Assembly: GCF_004799445.1 (NCBI RefSeq)
Contig: NZ_SSNA01000121.1
Location: 4,234-68,233, forward strand
From: Bradyrhizobium sp.
GTDB taxonomy: Bacteria > Pseudomonadota > Alphaproteobacteria > Rhizobiales > Xanthobacteraceae
Length of the DNA: 64,000 nt
Direction: 5' to 3'
Shown here one piece after another: positions 19,611 to 28,262 of this stretch (the first letter of the stretch is position 1; every line of letters begins with the position of its first letter). Made by a program: the position numbers and the translations under genes. The notes under the pieces were generated by a model. It ran no database searches, was not told where the DNA came from, and worked only from the letters and a program-made list of their open reading frames with translations.

Positions 19611-20426
19611 ATGGACCGACTTTTCGCCAATGGCACGGTCAACGCGGCGCAATCCGGCCAAGGATCCGGTCAGGGATCCGGCCAAGCGCCAGTGCTGTTC
19701 CTGTTTCACTCGCTGCTGTCGGACCGGGCGAGTTTCGACGCCATCCTCCCAACGCTGTCGCGGTCGCATCGGGTGATCGTCCCGGAATTACCCGGCTTCG
19801 GCGCCTCAAAGCCCGTCGATGGCGGCCTCGCCGCGGTCGCCGACCGGATGGCCGAGGCGGTGAAGGAGGCGGCCGCCGGCAGTGAGACCATCGTGCTCGG
19901 CAACGGCTATGGCGGGTTCGTGGCGTTGCAGATGGCGATCCGCCATCCCGCCATCGCCAGCCGACTCATTCTCGCCGATTGCGGGGCGGCGTTTTCGGAA
20001 AGCGGGCGCGAAGCCTTTCGCAACATGGCGGCGGCGTCGAGGGCCAAGGGGCTGGCTGCGATCACCGATGTGGCGATGCGCCGGCTGTTCGCGCCGGAGT
20101 TTCAGGCGCAGCATCCCGATCTGATGCTGGATCGCCGCGAGGCGTTCCTGAAGACCGATCCGCACGTGCTTCAGGCCGCCTGCGCGCAGCTGGCCGAACT
20201 CGATCTTCGAAGCGAGCTGGCGCGGGTCGAGGTGCCGGTGCTGGTGCTGGTCGGCGAGCATGACGAGGCGACGCCGCCGCCGATGTCCCGGGAATTGGCC
20301 GCCGGCCTGCCGAACGCGCGTCTGAAGGTTCTTGGCGGCTGCGCGCACGTCCCCCAGCTGCAATCGCCCGAGGCGTTCCTGGACGCGATCGGCGATTTCC
20401 TGCCGGCGTCGCATGCGGCCAACTGA
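19611..20426 (+). CDS. Alpha/beta-hydrolase-fold protein with Gly in place of the nucleophile Ser
   Basis: 271 aa; enol-lactonase-like fold; nucleophile elbow reads GNGYG (19899..19913) instead of GxSxG; Asp (GEHDEATP) and His (GCAHVPQ) motifs retained. Confidence 0.8.
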   Translation: MDRLFANGTVNAAQSGQGSGQGSGQAPVLFLFHSLLSDRASFDAILPTLSRSHRVIVPELPGFGASKPVDGGLAAVADRMAEAVKEAAAGSETIVLGNGYGGFVALQMAIRHPAIASRLILADCGAAFSESGREAFRNMAAASRAKGLAAITDVAMRRLFAPEFQAQHPDLMLDRREAFLKTDPHVLQAACAQLAELDLRSELARVEVPVLVLVGEHDEATPPPMSRELAAGLPNARLKVLGGCAHVPQLQSPEAFLDAIGDFLPASHAAN

Positions 20427-20461
20427 TCGCTCGAATCTTGGGTCGATCCTGGGCAGGGCGC

Positions 20462-20674
20462 CTATAGCGATCTGATCGCCAGCCAGACCGCCGCCCACAC
20501 CACCAGCGACAGCAGCGTGGCGACGGCGACGAAGACCGCCAGAATTTGCGTCAGGGAATGTCCATTGGCGGCGAGCGGCGATCTTTCTGGACCGCCGTGG
20601 AAGTCGTCGGGTCCGGGGATAGGGCCGCGGATCCCGAAAACCCGGAAAATGGCATCCAGGACGAACAGGCTCAT
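20462..20674 (-). CDS. Hypothetical small protein with C-terminal TM helix
   Basis: 70-aa ORF, hydrophobic tail ILAVFVAVATLLSLVVWAAVWLAI; no recognised family. Confidence 0.3.
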   Translation of the reverse strand: MSLFVLDAIFRVFGIRGPIPGPDDFHGGPERSPLAANGHSLTQILAVFVAVATLLSLVVWAAVWLAIRSL

Positions 20675-20735
20675 GGCCTTGGCTCCCGATTAATCGCTCG
20701 ATTATTCAGCATTGTCCGAAAATGCGCGCCGGTCT

Positions 20736-20749
20736 TTGAGGGAGCGCAA
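20736..20749. promoter_or_regulatory. FixK/FNR-type box TTGAGGGAGCGCAA upstream of hemN
   Basis: Fits TTG(A/C)-N6-(T/G)CAA; box ends 89 nt upstream of hemN ATG 20839 (centre about 96 nt upstream). Confidence 0.55.
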
Positions 20750-20838
20750 AGTGGCTCCCCCTTTCCCGGGCTATTGAATGTCGAACCGGGGGCGGACGAG
20801 GCCCCCACCGACGCGATTCAATGGGAAGACGAATACGA

Positions 20839-22191
20839 ATGAGACCGGATCTTGCCGCCTGTTACGGACAGGAGCGTTTACCGAGATATACCAGTTATCC
20901 GACCGCCCCGCATTTCTCGGCCGCCATCGGCCCTGAGACCTATGCCGAATGGCTGAAGGCGATCCCGCGCGACGCCAGCGCTTCGCTCTATCTGCATGTC
21001 CCGTTCTGCCGGTCGATGTGCTGGTATTGTGGCTGTCACACCTCGGTGGTTCGCCGCGACGAGCCAATTGCGGTCTATGCCGCGGCGCTGCGCTGCGAAC
21101 TCGATCTGGTATCGAGGCAGATCGAACGCCGCATGCAGGTCGATCATATCCACTTTGGCGGCGGCACGCCGACGATCATGGCGCCTGAACTGTTCATGGA
21201 TCTGATCGGCTCGATCAGGCAGGCCTTCTTTGTGCTTTCCTCGGCCGAGATTGCCGTCGAGATCGATCCACGCACGCTGACCGGGGCGATGATCGACGCG
21301 CTCGGGTTTGGCGGCGTCAACCGGGCGAGCCTTGGCGTGCAGAGCTTCGATCCCGTGGTCCAGCGCGCCATCAATCGGGTGCAGAGTTTCGAGGAGACCG
21401 CAAATGCGACCGTGGGCCTGCGGCGAGCCGGCATCACCGGCGTCAACTTCGATCTGATCTACGGACTGCCGCATCAGACCGTCGCCTCCTGCCTCGATAC
21501 CGTCAGGCGCTGCGTCGAGCTTCGTCCGGATCGGTTTTCGGTTTTCGGCTACGCCCACGTCCCATCGTTCAAGAAGCATCAGCGCAAGATCGACGAAGCC
21601 TGGCTGCCTGACAGCCTCGCCCGGCTCGATCAGTCCTATGCGATCGCCAACGCGCTGAAGGAGGCCGGATACCAGCAGATCGGGCTCGATCACTTCGCGC
21701 TGCCCGACGACGCCATGGCGGTGGCCCAGCGCGAGGGCACGCTGCGCCGGAATTTCCAGGGCTATACCACCGATGCCAGCAACGTCCTGCTGGGGTTCGG
21801 CGCCAGCGCCATCGGGCATCTGCCGCAGGGCTATGTGCAGAACGACGTCCCCACCCGCGCCTATTGCGAAACCATCGCCGGCGGCAGACTGGCGACGGTC
21901 AAGGGCTATGCCCTGACCGACGACGACCGGCTGCGCGCCGAGATCATCGAGCGCATCATGTGCGACTTCGGCGTCGACCTCGACCCGATCTGCGCGCGGC
22001 ACGGCCAGGCTCCGGAACAAATGCTGAAATCCTCGTCCCGCCTGAAGGATCTGATTTCCTCGGGCGTCGTCGAACTCGACGGCGCCTCGCTGGCGGTGCG
22101 GGACGATTCGCGCTTTCTGGTCCGCAGCGTCGCGGCCGCATTCGACGCGCATCTCGACGGATCGAAGCAGCTGCATAGCCGCGCGGTCTAG
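20839..22191 (+). CDS. hemN: Oxygen-independent coproporphyrinogen III oxidase (radical SAM)
   Basis: Within ORF 20821..22191; start at MRPDLAACYGQERLPRYTSYPTAPHF; radical-SAM motif CRSMCWYCGC. Confidence 0.92.
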   Translation: MRPDLAACYGQERLPRYTSYPTAPHFSAAIGPETYAEWLKAIPRDASASLYLHVPFCRSMCWYCGCHTSVVRRDEPIAVYAAALRCELDLVSRQIERRMQVDHIHFGGGTPTIMAPELFMDLIGSIRQAFFVLSSAEIAVEIDPRTLTGAMIDALGFGGVNRASLGVQSFDPVVQRAINRVQSFEETANATVGLRRAGITGVNFDLIYGLPHQTVASCLDTVRRCVELRPDRFSVFGYAHVPSFKKHQRKIDEAWLPDSLARLDQSYAIANALKEAGYQQIGLDHFALPDDAMAVAQREGTLRRNFQGYTTDASNVLLGFGASAIGHLPQGYVQNDVPTRAYCETIAGGRLATVKGYALTDDDRLRAEIIERIMCDFGVDLDPICARHGQAPEQMLKSSSRLKDLISSGVVELDGASLAVRDDSRFLVRSVAAAFDAHLDGSKQLHSRAV

Positions 22192-22255
22192 GCCGTTTCA
22201 AGCGAAGCGGAAACCGGTTCGCGTCAAGAAAACGCGTCAGATCAAGAATCCAGAG
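22192..22255. repeat. Repeat family C copy
   Basis: GCCGTTTCAAGCGAAGCGGAAACCGGTTCGCGTCAAGAAAACGCGTCAGATCAAGAATCCAGAG. Confidence 0.8.
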
Positions 22256-22477
22256 CCCCGTTTTGATTCAATCGAAACCGCAAGGGCTCCAGGCGCGCAC
22301 GCATCAATCGAGCTTGATTGACACGGCTTGGCCGATGTCCGCTTTGCCCCGATCGCGACCAAATTCCGCAGGGCAGCGACATGACGCGAAGTGCCAATTG
22401 CGGAAATCATCAACGTTACTCGATCAGAACACCGCATGCGAAGAACCGATTGCCGCCCCACTTGGTCGAATAGCCGG

Positions 22478-23344
22478 CTAATGCGAGATAAATACGGGAA
22501 CGGTCATCGTGGTCAATACGCCGCGTGTCGCACCGCCAAGTATGAATTCGCGAAACCTCGAATGCCCGTAACCGCCCATCACGATCATGCTCGCCGAACA
22601 ATCTGCGACCCGCGACAAAATGACATTGGCCACGTCGATATCGGCGGCCGGAAGGGTTACAACCTCGACCTTGATACCGTGACGGGCAAGGTGACTGCCG
22701 ATTGCGACGCCGCGAATCTCCCGCCCATTTCCGGTTTTCTCGTTGGCGACGATGAACAGTTCGACGGCGCGGGCCTTTTGCAGCAGCGGCAATGCATCGT
22801 TGATGGCACGCGCCGCAGCGCGGCTGCCGTCCCAGCAGCACACAATCCGATCTAGGTTCATTCCTTCCTTCTGGATGTAGGGCACAACAATGACAGGCCG
22901 CCCGGACTCAAACAGCGCCGCCTCGATTAAAATGTCATTGTTCACCCCATTCTTATTATCGGATTGCATGACGATGCTTAGATCGTAACGTCGCGCCATT
23001 TCCGAAAATGAGGCGGGCACTTCAACCAGTCGATGCTCGACCGAAAGAAGGCTGCCCTTGACCGCCGCCTCGAAACGCTGGATTGCGCTGCGTGCAGCCT
23101 CTTCATTTTCGGCCAGTATGTCCGCAATAACGTTGGGGGGTAATCCTATCGACATTTGTCCCGACACGATGAAAACTGGAATATTCGCTCCGTCGCCAAA
23201 AGCCCCCAATGGAATATTCGCTCCGTCGGCGAAAGCCACTCCTGCCAGATGCGCATTGAACGTCCTCGCAACCGTAATCGCATAGTCGCGAACGCAGTCC
23301 CGAGACTTGTGGCGCTCTAGGTTGAGGATGACATCTTTGATCAT
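22478..23344 (-). CDS. Tandem-domain universal stress protein (UspA family)
   Basis: 288 aa; C-terminal USP motif MGGYGHSRFREFILGGATRGVL; contains an in-frame 33-nt tandem duplication. Confidence 0.85.
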   Translation of the reverse strand: MIKDVILNLERHKSRDCVRDYAITVARTFNAHLAGVAFADGANIPLGAFGDGANIPVFIVSGQMSIGLPPNVIADILAENEEAARSAIQRFEAAVKGSLLSVEHRLVEVPASFSEMARRYDLSIVMQSDNKNGVNNDILIEAALFESGRPVIVVPYIQKEGMNLDRIVCCWDGSRAAARAINDALPLLQKARAVELFIVANEKTGNGREIRGVAIGSHLARHGIKVEVVTLPAADIDVANVILSRVADCSASMIVMGGYGHSRFREFILGGATRGVLTTMTVPVFISH

Positions 23345-23506
23345 GAACCCTCCTCCAGGATTTGAATACGCCCAAATTGAAAGATCACCGGCTGTTACTT
23401 CAGCTCACTCCTGCAACACACGTAGGTACCGGGATGACCACCAGAAAGTCACTTTGATCATGCGCCCGAACGATTTAATACGTTCCATTCGAGTGTATTT
23501 TTGGTT

Positions 23507-23944
23507 CTATCGGAGGCGCTTGCCGATTTTTCTGGCGCCTGCTGGTTCGGTTGCATTGCCAATTTCATCGATCAATCTCTGCAAGTGAGAGCGGATCTCT
23601 CGGGCGACTTGGTCCACAACGACGTGTGTGATGGCCTGCATGGAAGCAACAGGATCAACCGCGGATATCTCAACGCGACCATCATCTCGCTGCTGCAGAA
23701 CGATGTTACAGGGCAACATGGCTCCGATCTTGTCTTCCGCCTGAAGCGCTCGATAGGTGAGTTGTGGATTGCATACGCCGAGGATCAGATACGGATGAAA
23801 GTCGATATTGATCGCCTTCTTCAAGGTATCCTTCATATCGATTTCCGAAAGCACTGTGAGCTTATGCCGTTTGAGCGCTTCCTTCGTGCAGACCACTGCG
23901 TCATCAAATCTCATGTCGATAGTCTTGGAGAAATGGTAGGTCAT
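23507..23944 (-). CDS. DUF302 domain protein
   Basis: 145 aa; pattern ILGVCNPQLTYRALQAEDKIGAMLPCNIVLQQRDDGRVEISAVDP matches DUF302 as I recall it. Confidence 0.8.
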   Translation of the reverse strand: MTYHFSKTIDMRFDDAVVCTKEALKRHKLTVLSEIDMKDTLKKAINIDFHPYLILGVCNPQLTYRALQAEDKIGAMLPCNIVLQQRDDGRVEISAVDPVASMQAITHVVVDQVAREIRSHLQRLIDEIGNATEPAGARKIGKRLR

Positions 23945-24008
23945 CTGCGCCTCCCGTTCGCGGTCTCGCGCTAATCTCCATTCGGAACGCTGCGTACGCA
24001 GGAAAGCA

Positions 24009-24233
24009 TTGCCGTCGCGCGAGGCTCATGATCTAGATCAAGGCGCGGGTGGCGTACGGCGGACGTCGGTGACCGCAGTCGGCAAAACGCTTCATGATCA
24101 GGGGGTTACTAATTACTCCCGTGGCGTGATTCATATACTGGATCGCCATAAGCTAGAGCAGATCTCGTGTGAGTGTTATAAAAGGCTCTTAGACCAATCT
24201 GCGATGCTCCAAGGCATTTTTAGCCAAGTCTGA
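24009..24233 (+). pseudogene. C-terminal fragment of a Crp/Fnr-family regulator (HTH only)
   Basis: GVRRTSVTAVGKTLHDQGVTNYSRGVIHILDRHKLEQISCECYKRL resembles the DNA-binding end of rhizobial Crp/Fnr proteins; no cNMP-binding domain lies upstream in any frame. Confidence 0.5.
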
Positions 24234-24370
24234 ATTTTCGACTTCTGCTGCAATGCGTTCAAGCAGTCGTCGCAAAAAGTTTTTCATCGTTGAGTCGGCA
24301 AATAGACCGACAATTCTATTTCTCCCTGGGCATAAGTTTTAGGTTCCTGTCCACGAGTGCGGAGGTTGTG

Positions 24371-24577
24371 ATGGTACATGGCGTTTTCCAACCAGAGGAG
24401 CTTAGCTTGTTTCGCGATATTTTTGACGAAGCAGTTAGCGATCTGCCACCCCAAATGCGCACGCCGGTCGCTCAAGCTCGTATCGCCAAACAAATATTGG
24501 ATCGTGCGGCTACTGGCGAACGAGACCCGATGGAGCTTCGCGTGGCGGCGGCACTCAACGATCCACGAGCGGCGTAA
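24371..24577 (+). CDS. Hypothetical small protein (68 aa)
   Basis: Within ORF 24290..24577; ATG 24371 preceded by GGAGG at good spacing; helical-looking, no family recognised. Confidence 0.45.
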   Translation: MVHGVFQPEELSLFRDIFDEAVSDLPPQMRTPVAQARIAKQILDRAATGERDPMELRVAAALNDPRAA

Positions 24578-24929
24578 CCCGCGCGGATTAGACAGCGGCC
24601 ACGTAGCCGCCGCGCCGCCTAGAAGTGTGATGAAATTCGCGCCGCCGCATACGTTGCCTGTGCAAGGGACCACCAGTTTGCGACCAGCGGGGTGTGAAAA
24701 TAGCAACCAACCAGCGACGAAAACTGAGCGGCCCGATGTCTCAGTTAGGTCATTCACGAGCGGGTCGAGACAGCAGGGGATTGACGATGTCCGCTGTGCC
24801 GCCGAAAGCCGAAAGTAGATTCAGACATCAGCGGCTTCGCCACGGGCCATGGCCGTTTGATGGCGTCGCCGCGGACTAATTCAGGCTCTCGATCTCATCT
24901 CATCAACGCTCCGGGAACCGCTGCAAAGC

Positions 24930-24943
24930 TTGCGCCGGGACAA
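24930..24943. promoter_or_regulatory. NnrR/FNR-like box TTGCGCCGGGACAA upstream of the DUF1858 gene
   Basis: Left half TTGCG is perfect, right half is GACAA versus CGCAA; box ends 50 nt upstream of ATG 24994. Confidence 0.45.
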
Positions 24944-24993
24944 AGAGCCGTGTGGACCGCCGCCTTACCATTCGTTGCAGAACGGAGGCGGGC

Positions 24994-25185
24994 ATGCCCA
25001 TTCGATTTGACGATCTGGTCGACGATGTCATGAGCCGATCGCCGCAGACCATCAGGGTGTTTCTTCAATTCGGGATGCGCTGCGTCGGTTGTCCGATCGC
25101 CTGCTTCCATACCGTGGACGATGCCTGCCGCGAGCATGGCGTCGACCGCGGCGCCTTTCTGGAGGCGCTGCGCGCCTGCGCATGA
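24994..25185 (+). CDS. DUF1858 (hybrid-cluster-associated redox disulfide) domain protein
   Basis: Within ORF 24952..25185; ATG 24994 preceded by GGAGG; motif FGMRCVGCPIACFHTVDDACREHGVD. Confidence 0.75.
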   Translation: MPIRFDDLVDDVMSRSPQTIRVFLQFGMRCVGCPIACFHTVDDACREHGVDRGAFLEALRACA

Positions 25186-25210
25186 GGCGCCCTGGTGTGA
25201 GGCGGTTTCG

Positions 25211-25948
25211 CTACGGCCGGGCCGGCGGCTCGCTGCCGTCAGGGGATGGCTCGGCCAGCATGAACAGCTTGTGCGGCTCGCGCAGCACGATGCGCTGCCG
25301 CCCGCCCTCGACCAGCCCGCGGCTCTCCCAACTGCTGAGGATTCGGCTGACCGTATGCAGCGTGGTGCCGGTCATTTGCGCGATGTCCTGGCGGCTGATC
25401 GGAAAACCGATCTCGACGCCGTGCTCGACCTTGTGCCCGGATTGCTTGGCGAGCCGAAGCAGCGCGTTGGCGACGCGTTGTTCGACCTGTTGCGTCGACA
25501 TCTCGACCACGCGGGTTTGTGTTTCCTGCAGCCGGCTGCCGATGGTCTGCAATGTGTTGGCGGCGAGCGCCGGAAATCGCGCCACCAGGCGCGGCCAGGT
25601 CGCCGACGGCCAGGCCAGCGCGACACTGTCGTCGACCGCCGTGGCGGTGGCCGGATAGCGCTGCAGCCCGATCGCCATCGCGACGCCGAAGGTCTCGCCG
25701 GGCGCGACATAGCGCACCACGACCTGTTCCCCCATCGGCGTGGTCTTGCTGGCGCGGACATGGCCGTGCAGCAGCACGAAGAATGAATGGGCGTCTTCGC
25801 CCTGCTCGAAGACGTTGCGGTTCTTTGCAATCCGCAGCGAGCGGGCTTCGCGCAGGATCTCATCGAGCTCTTCGGTGCCGAAACCCGCAAACAGCGGCAG
25901 CTTGGCAACCAGCGAATGATCGACAGTGGCCATGTTCCCCCGCAGCAT
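25211..25948 (-). CDS. Crp/Fnr family transcriptional regulator, NnrR-like
   Basis: 245 aa; cNMP-binding fold plus C-terminal HTH ISRQDIAQMTGTTLHTVSRILSSW; no N-terminal Cys cluster; divergent from nnrS; start could be ATG 25933. Confidence 0.85.
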   Translation of the reverse strand: MLRGNMATVDHSLVAKLPLFAGFGTEELDEILREARSLRIAKNRNVFEQGEDAHSFFVLLHGHVRASKTTPMGEQVVVRYVAPGETFGVAMAIGLQRYPATATAVDDSVALAWPSATWPRLVARFPALAANTLQTIGSRLQETQTRVVEMSTQQVEQRVANALLRLAKQSGHKVEHGVEIGFPISRQDIAQMTGTTLHTVSRILSSWESRGLVEGGRQRIVLREPHKLFMLAEPSPDGSEPPARP

Positions 25949-25967
25949 TCCGTCATTTCAATCGAAT

Positions 25968-26036
25968 CTAGAGCGTTTTCAAGCGAAGTGGAGACCGGTT
26001 CGCGTCAAGAAAACGCGTCCAATCAAGAATCTAGAC
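25968..26036. repeat. Repeat family C copy
   Basis: TCTAGAGCGTTTTCAAGCGAAGTGGAGACCGGTTCGCGTCAAGAAAACGCGTCCAATCAAGAATCTAGA. Confidence 0.8.
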
Positions 26037-26066
26037 TGCGATTGAGGTTCCCGATCAAGCGGAAGT

Positions 26067-26080
26067 TTGCGCTGGCGCAA
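26067..26080. promoter_or_regulatory. NnrR-type box TTGCGCTGGCGCAA upstream of nnrS
   Basis: Perfect palindrome TTGCG-N4-CGCAA, the NnrR/Dnr-type variant of the FNR box, between the divergent nnrR-like and nnrS genes. Confidence 0.65.
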
Positions 26081-26183
26081 CAATGGCACCCGGATTGACC
26101 CTAGAAGGGATGCTGGCCGGCCTCGCGACGTGCGCGCCGTCCAGACCGCACCAGGGCGGAACCAAGATCGGACAGCAACAGCC

Positions 26184-27389
26184 GTGACCGCAACTCCGCA
26201 AAGGCGAACCTATGATGGGCTTCCGCTGTTCTCCTATGGCTTCCGGCCGTTCTTCCTGCTCGGATCGATCTACGCGGGGCTTGTCATTCTGGTCTGGTTG
26301 CCGGTGTTCCATGGCGAGATCACGCTGACCTCGGGTTTTGCGCCGCGCGACTGGCACGTGCACGAGATGCTGTTTGGCTATCTGCCGGCCGTGATTACCG
26401 GTTTCCTGTTCACGGCGATCCCGAACTGGACCGGACGATTGCCGATCCAGGGCAAGCCGCTGATGGCTCTGGTCGCGGTCTGGCTGGCGGGCCGTGCCGG
26501 CGTGACGTTCTCGGCACACACCGGCTGGCTGGTCGCGATGCTGGTGGATAGCGGCTTTCTGCTGCTGGTCGCGGCGGCAGCGGCCCGCGAAATCCTCGCC
26601 GGCCGCAACTGGCGAAATCTCAACGTGGTGATGGTGCTGCTGCTGCTGCTCGCGGGCAATGTCGCTTTCCACCTCGAGGCGCATTTTCATGGCGCGGCCG
26701 ATATCGCCGTCCGCTTCGGCATCGCGGTGGTCGTATTGCTGATCGCGCTGATCGGCGGGCGCATCGTTCCGAGTTTCACCCGCAACTGGCTGGTGCGCGA
26801 AAATCCCGGCCGCCTGCCGGTGCCGTTCGGCCGCTTCGACATCATCGTCGTCGCCGTCGGCGCGCTGGCGTCATTGTGCTGGGTCGTCAGCCCGGTGGGC
26901 GGTCTCACCGGCAGCGCACTCGCGTTGGCCGGAGTGCTGCATCTGGTGCGGCTCGGACGCTGGGCAGGGGACCGGACCTGGCGCGAGCGGCTGCTGTTGA
27001 TCCTGCACGTCGGCTATGCCTTCATACCCCTTGGATTCCTGCTCAATGCCGCGTCCGCTTTTGACCTAGTTCCGGTCGGCGCCGGCATTCACGCCTGGAT
27101 GGTGGGAGCTGCGGGCATCATGACGCTCGCGGTGATGAGCCGCGCGACGCTTGGGCACACCGGCCAGCCGCTCACCGCTTCGCTCGCCACCGAGGCGATC
27201 TACGCCGCGGTCGTCGTCGCGGCGGTGTCGCGTATTTGCGCGGTGATCGAGCCCGCGCATAGCGAGCCCTTGCTGCACCTTGCCGCGCTGGCCTGGGCGG
27301 CCGCGTTCTTCGGATTCGCCGTCGCGTACGGGCCGCTGCTCGCCGGCGTCGACCGGCGCAGGAAATCAGCGCCGAAGATGGTGGCTTAA
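26184..27389 (+). CDS. nnrS: NnrS family haem/copper membrane protein
   Basis: Within ORF 26067..27389; the ORF-track TTG start coincides with the NnrR box, so a downstream start (GTG 26184 or GTG 26130) is more likely; GFRPFFLLGS motif; about 12 TM segments. Confidence 0.85.
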   Translation: MTATPQRRTYDGLPLFSYGFRPFFLLGSIYAGLVILVWLPVFHGEITLTSGFAPRDWHVHEMLFGYLPAVITGFLFTAIPNWTGRLPIQGKPLMALVAVWLAGRAGVTFSAHTGWLVAMLVDSGFLLLVAAAAAREILAGRNWRNLNVVMVLLLLLAGNVAFHLEAHFHGAADIAVRFGIAVVVLLIALIGGRIVPSFTRNWLVRENPGRLPVPFGRFDIIVVAVGALASLCWVVSPVGGLTGSALALAGVLHLVRLGRWAGDRTWRERLLLILHVGYAFIPLGFLLNAASAFDLVPVGAGIHAWMVGAAGIMTLAVMSRATLGHTGQPLTASLATEAIYAAVVVAAVSRICAVIEPAHSEPLLHLAALAWAAAFFGFAVAYGPLLAGVDRRRKSAPKMVA

Positions 27390-27405
27390 GCCTGCACTAC
27401 CTTCG

Positions 27406-28242
27406 TTAGCTGGCGGAATCCTTGGCGCGGGCAGCCTCGCGACAAAGCGCATCAATCATGCTTTCCAGTACTCTCAGCGCGTCCTCTGTGCCATCGGCTT
27501 CGCCTTTCTCGAAGTCAGCGCCATCCCGGCCCATGGTATTGGTGATATGCGCGAGACAAAGCAGCGGCACGCCGGCGGATCGCGCGAAGGCGTAGAGCGC
27601 CGCCGCCTCCATCTCGACGCCAAGAATTCCTTTGTTTCGGGCGGCCTCAATCGCTTCCGCCGTCTCGCGAAACGGCGCGTCCGTCGTCCAGGTGGCCCCG
27701 ACGACCACGCGCGGTCCGCCTTTCGGGCTGGCCTTCTCCGCGGTTTCGACAAGCCGGGGGTCAGCCTCGGCGAACTCGGCAGGAGTTGCGTAATGGTAGC
27801 TCGTCCCTTCGTCGCGCAACGCCCGGTCGATGATGACAAAATAGGGCGGCGGTCCCGAAGCCACGATCTGACCGGCCGATGTAAGGCTGACCAGCAGGCG
27901 GCAGCCGCTTGCGAATAATTCTTCCGCCACCAGAACCGCGAACGCCGCGCCAACGACCCGTCCGATAATGCCGACCTCTTGCCCGGCAAGCGCGAAAGTA
28001 TCCAGTTCCGTGTGATAACAGGGCCAATCCGCAAAGCGTCTGGTTTTTCCTCTTTTCCGAAGCGTGCGCACAATGTCGCCATCGGGATCGAGAATGCATA
28101 CCGCCGGCACCTCCGCGGCCGGGAGGTTCTTTTGGCGCCGCGCCTCGCGCAACAGCGCGGAGGGCAGGAAAATGGAAGGCGACGACGGGCTCTTGTTGTC
28201 TAGTATAGGAGGCGTAACCATCTTTGTCGGACCTTGCAGCAT
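27406..28242 (-). CDS. Nucleoside phosphorylase family (PNP_UDP_1) protein
   Basis: 278 aa; motifs LTSAGQI and GVEMEAAALY; start could be ATG 28221. Confidence 0.8.
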   Translation of the reverse strand: MLQGPTKMVTPPILDNKSPSSPSIFLPSALLREARRQKNLPAAEVPAVCILDPDGDIVRTLRKRGKTRRFADWPCYHTELDTFALAGQEVGIIGRVVGAAFAVLVAEELFASGCRLLVSLTSAGQIVASGPPPYFVIIDRALRDEGTSYHYATPAEFAEADPRLVETAEKASPKGGPRVVVGATWTTDAPFRETAEAIEAARNKGILGVEMEAAALYAFARSAGVPLLCLAHITNTMGRDGADFEKGEADGTEDALRVLESMIDALCREAARAKDSAS

Positions 28243-28262
28243 TTGCGAGGAAGGAGACGTTC

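Noticed and set aside
23350-23400. FixK-like sequences TTGAATACGCCCAA and TTGAAAGATCA upstream of the USP gene
   Set aside because: The right half-sites (CCAA) or the spacing (N4) do not fit TTGA-N6-TCAA. The match is too weak to call.
24284-24757. 157-aa minus-strand ORF
   Set aside because: It overlaps the better-supported small plus-strand gene that has a GGAGG SD. It contains only a short relic of an SBP signal peptide and is otherwise featureless.
26084-26099. RpoN -24/-12-like sequence TGGCACCCGGATTGAC before nnrS
   Set aside because: The -12 element reads TTGA and lacks the conserved GC dinucleotide (TTGC). An NnrR/FNR class II promoter already explains the region.
26067-26183. TTG at 26067 as the nnrS start codon (ORF-track start)
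   Set aside because: These bases are the TTGCG-N4-CGCAA regulatory palindrome itself. The encoded N-terminal 39 aa are Arg-rich with no similarity to NnrS N-termini. A downstream GTG is more plausible.
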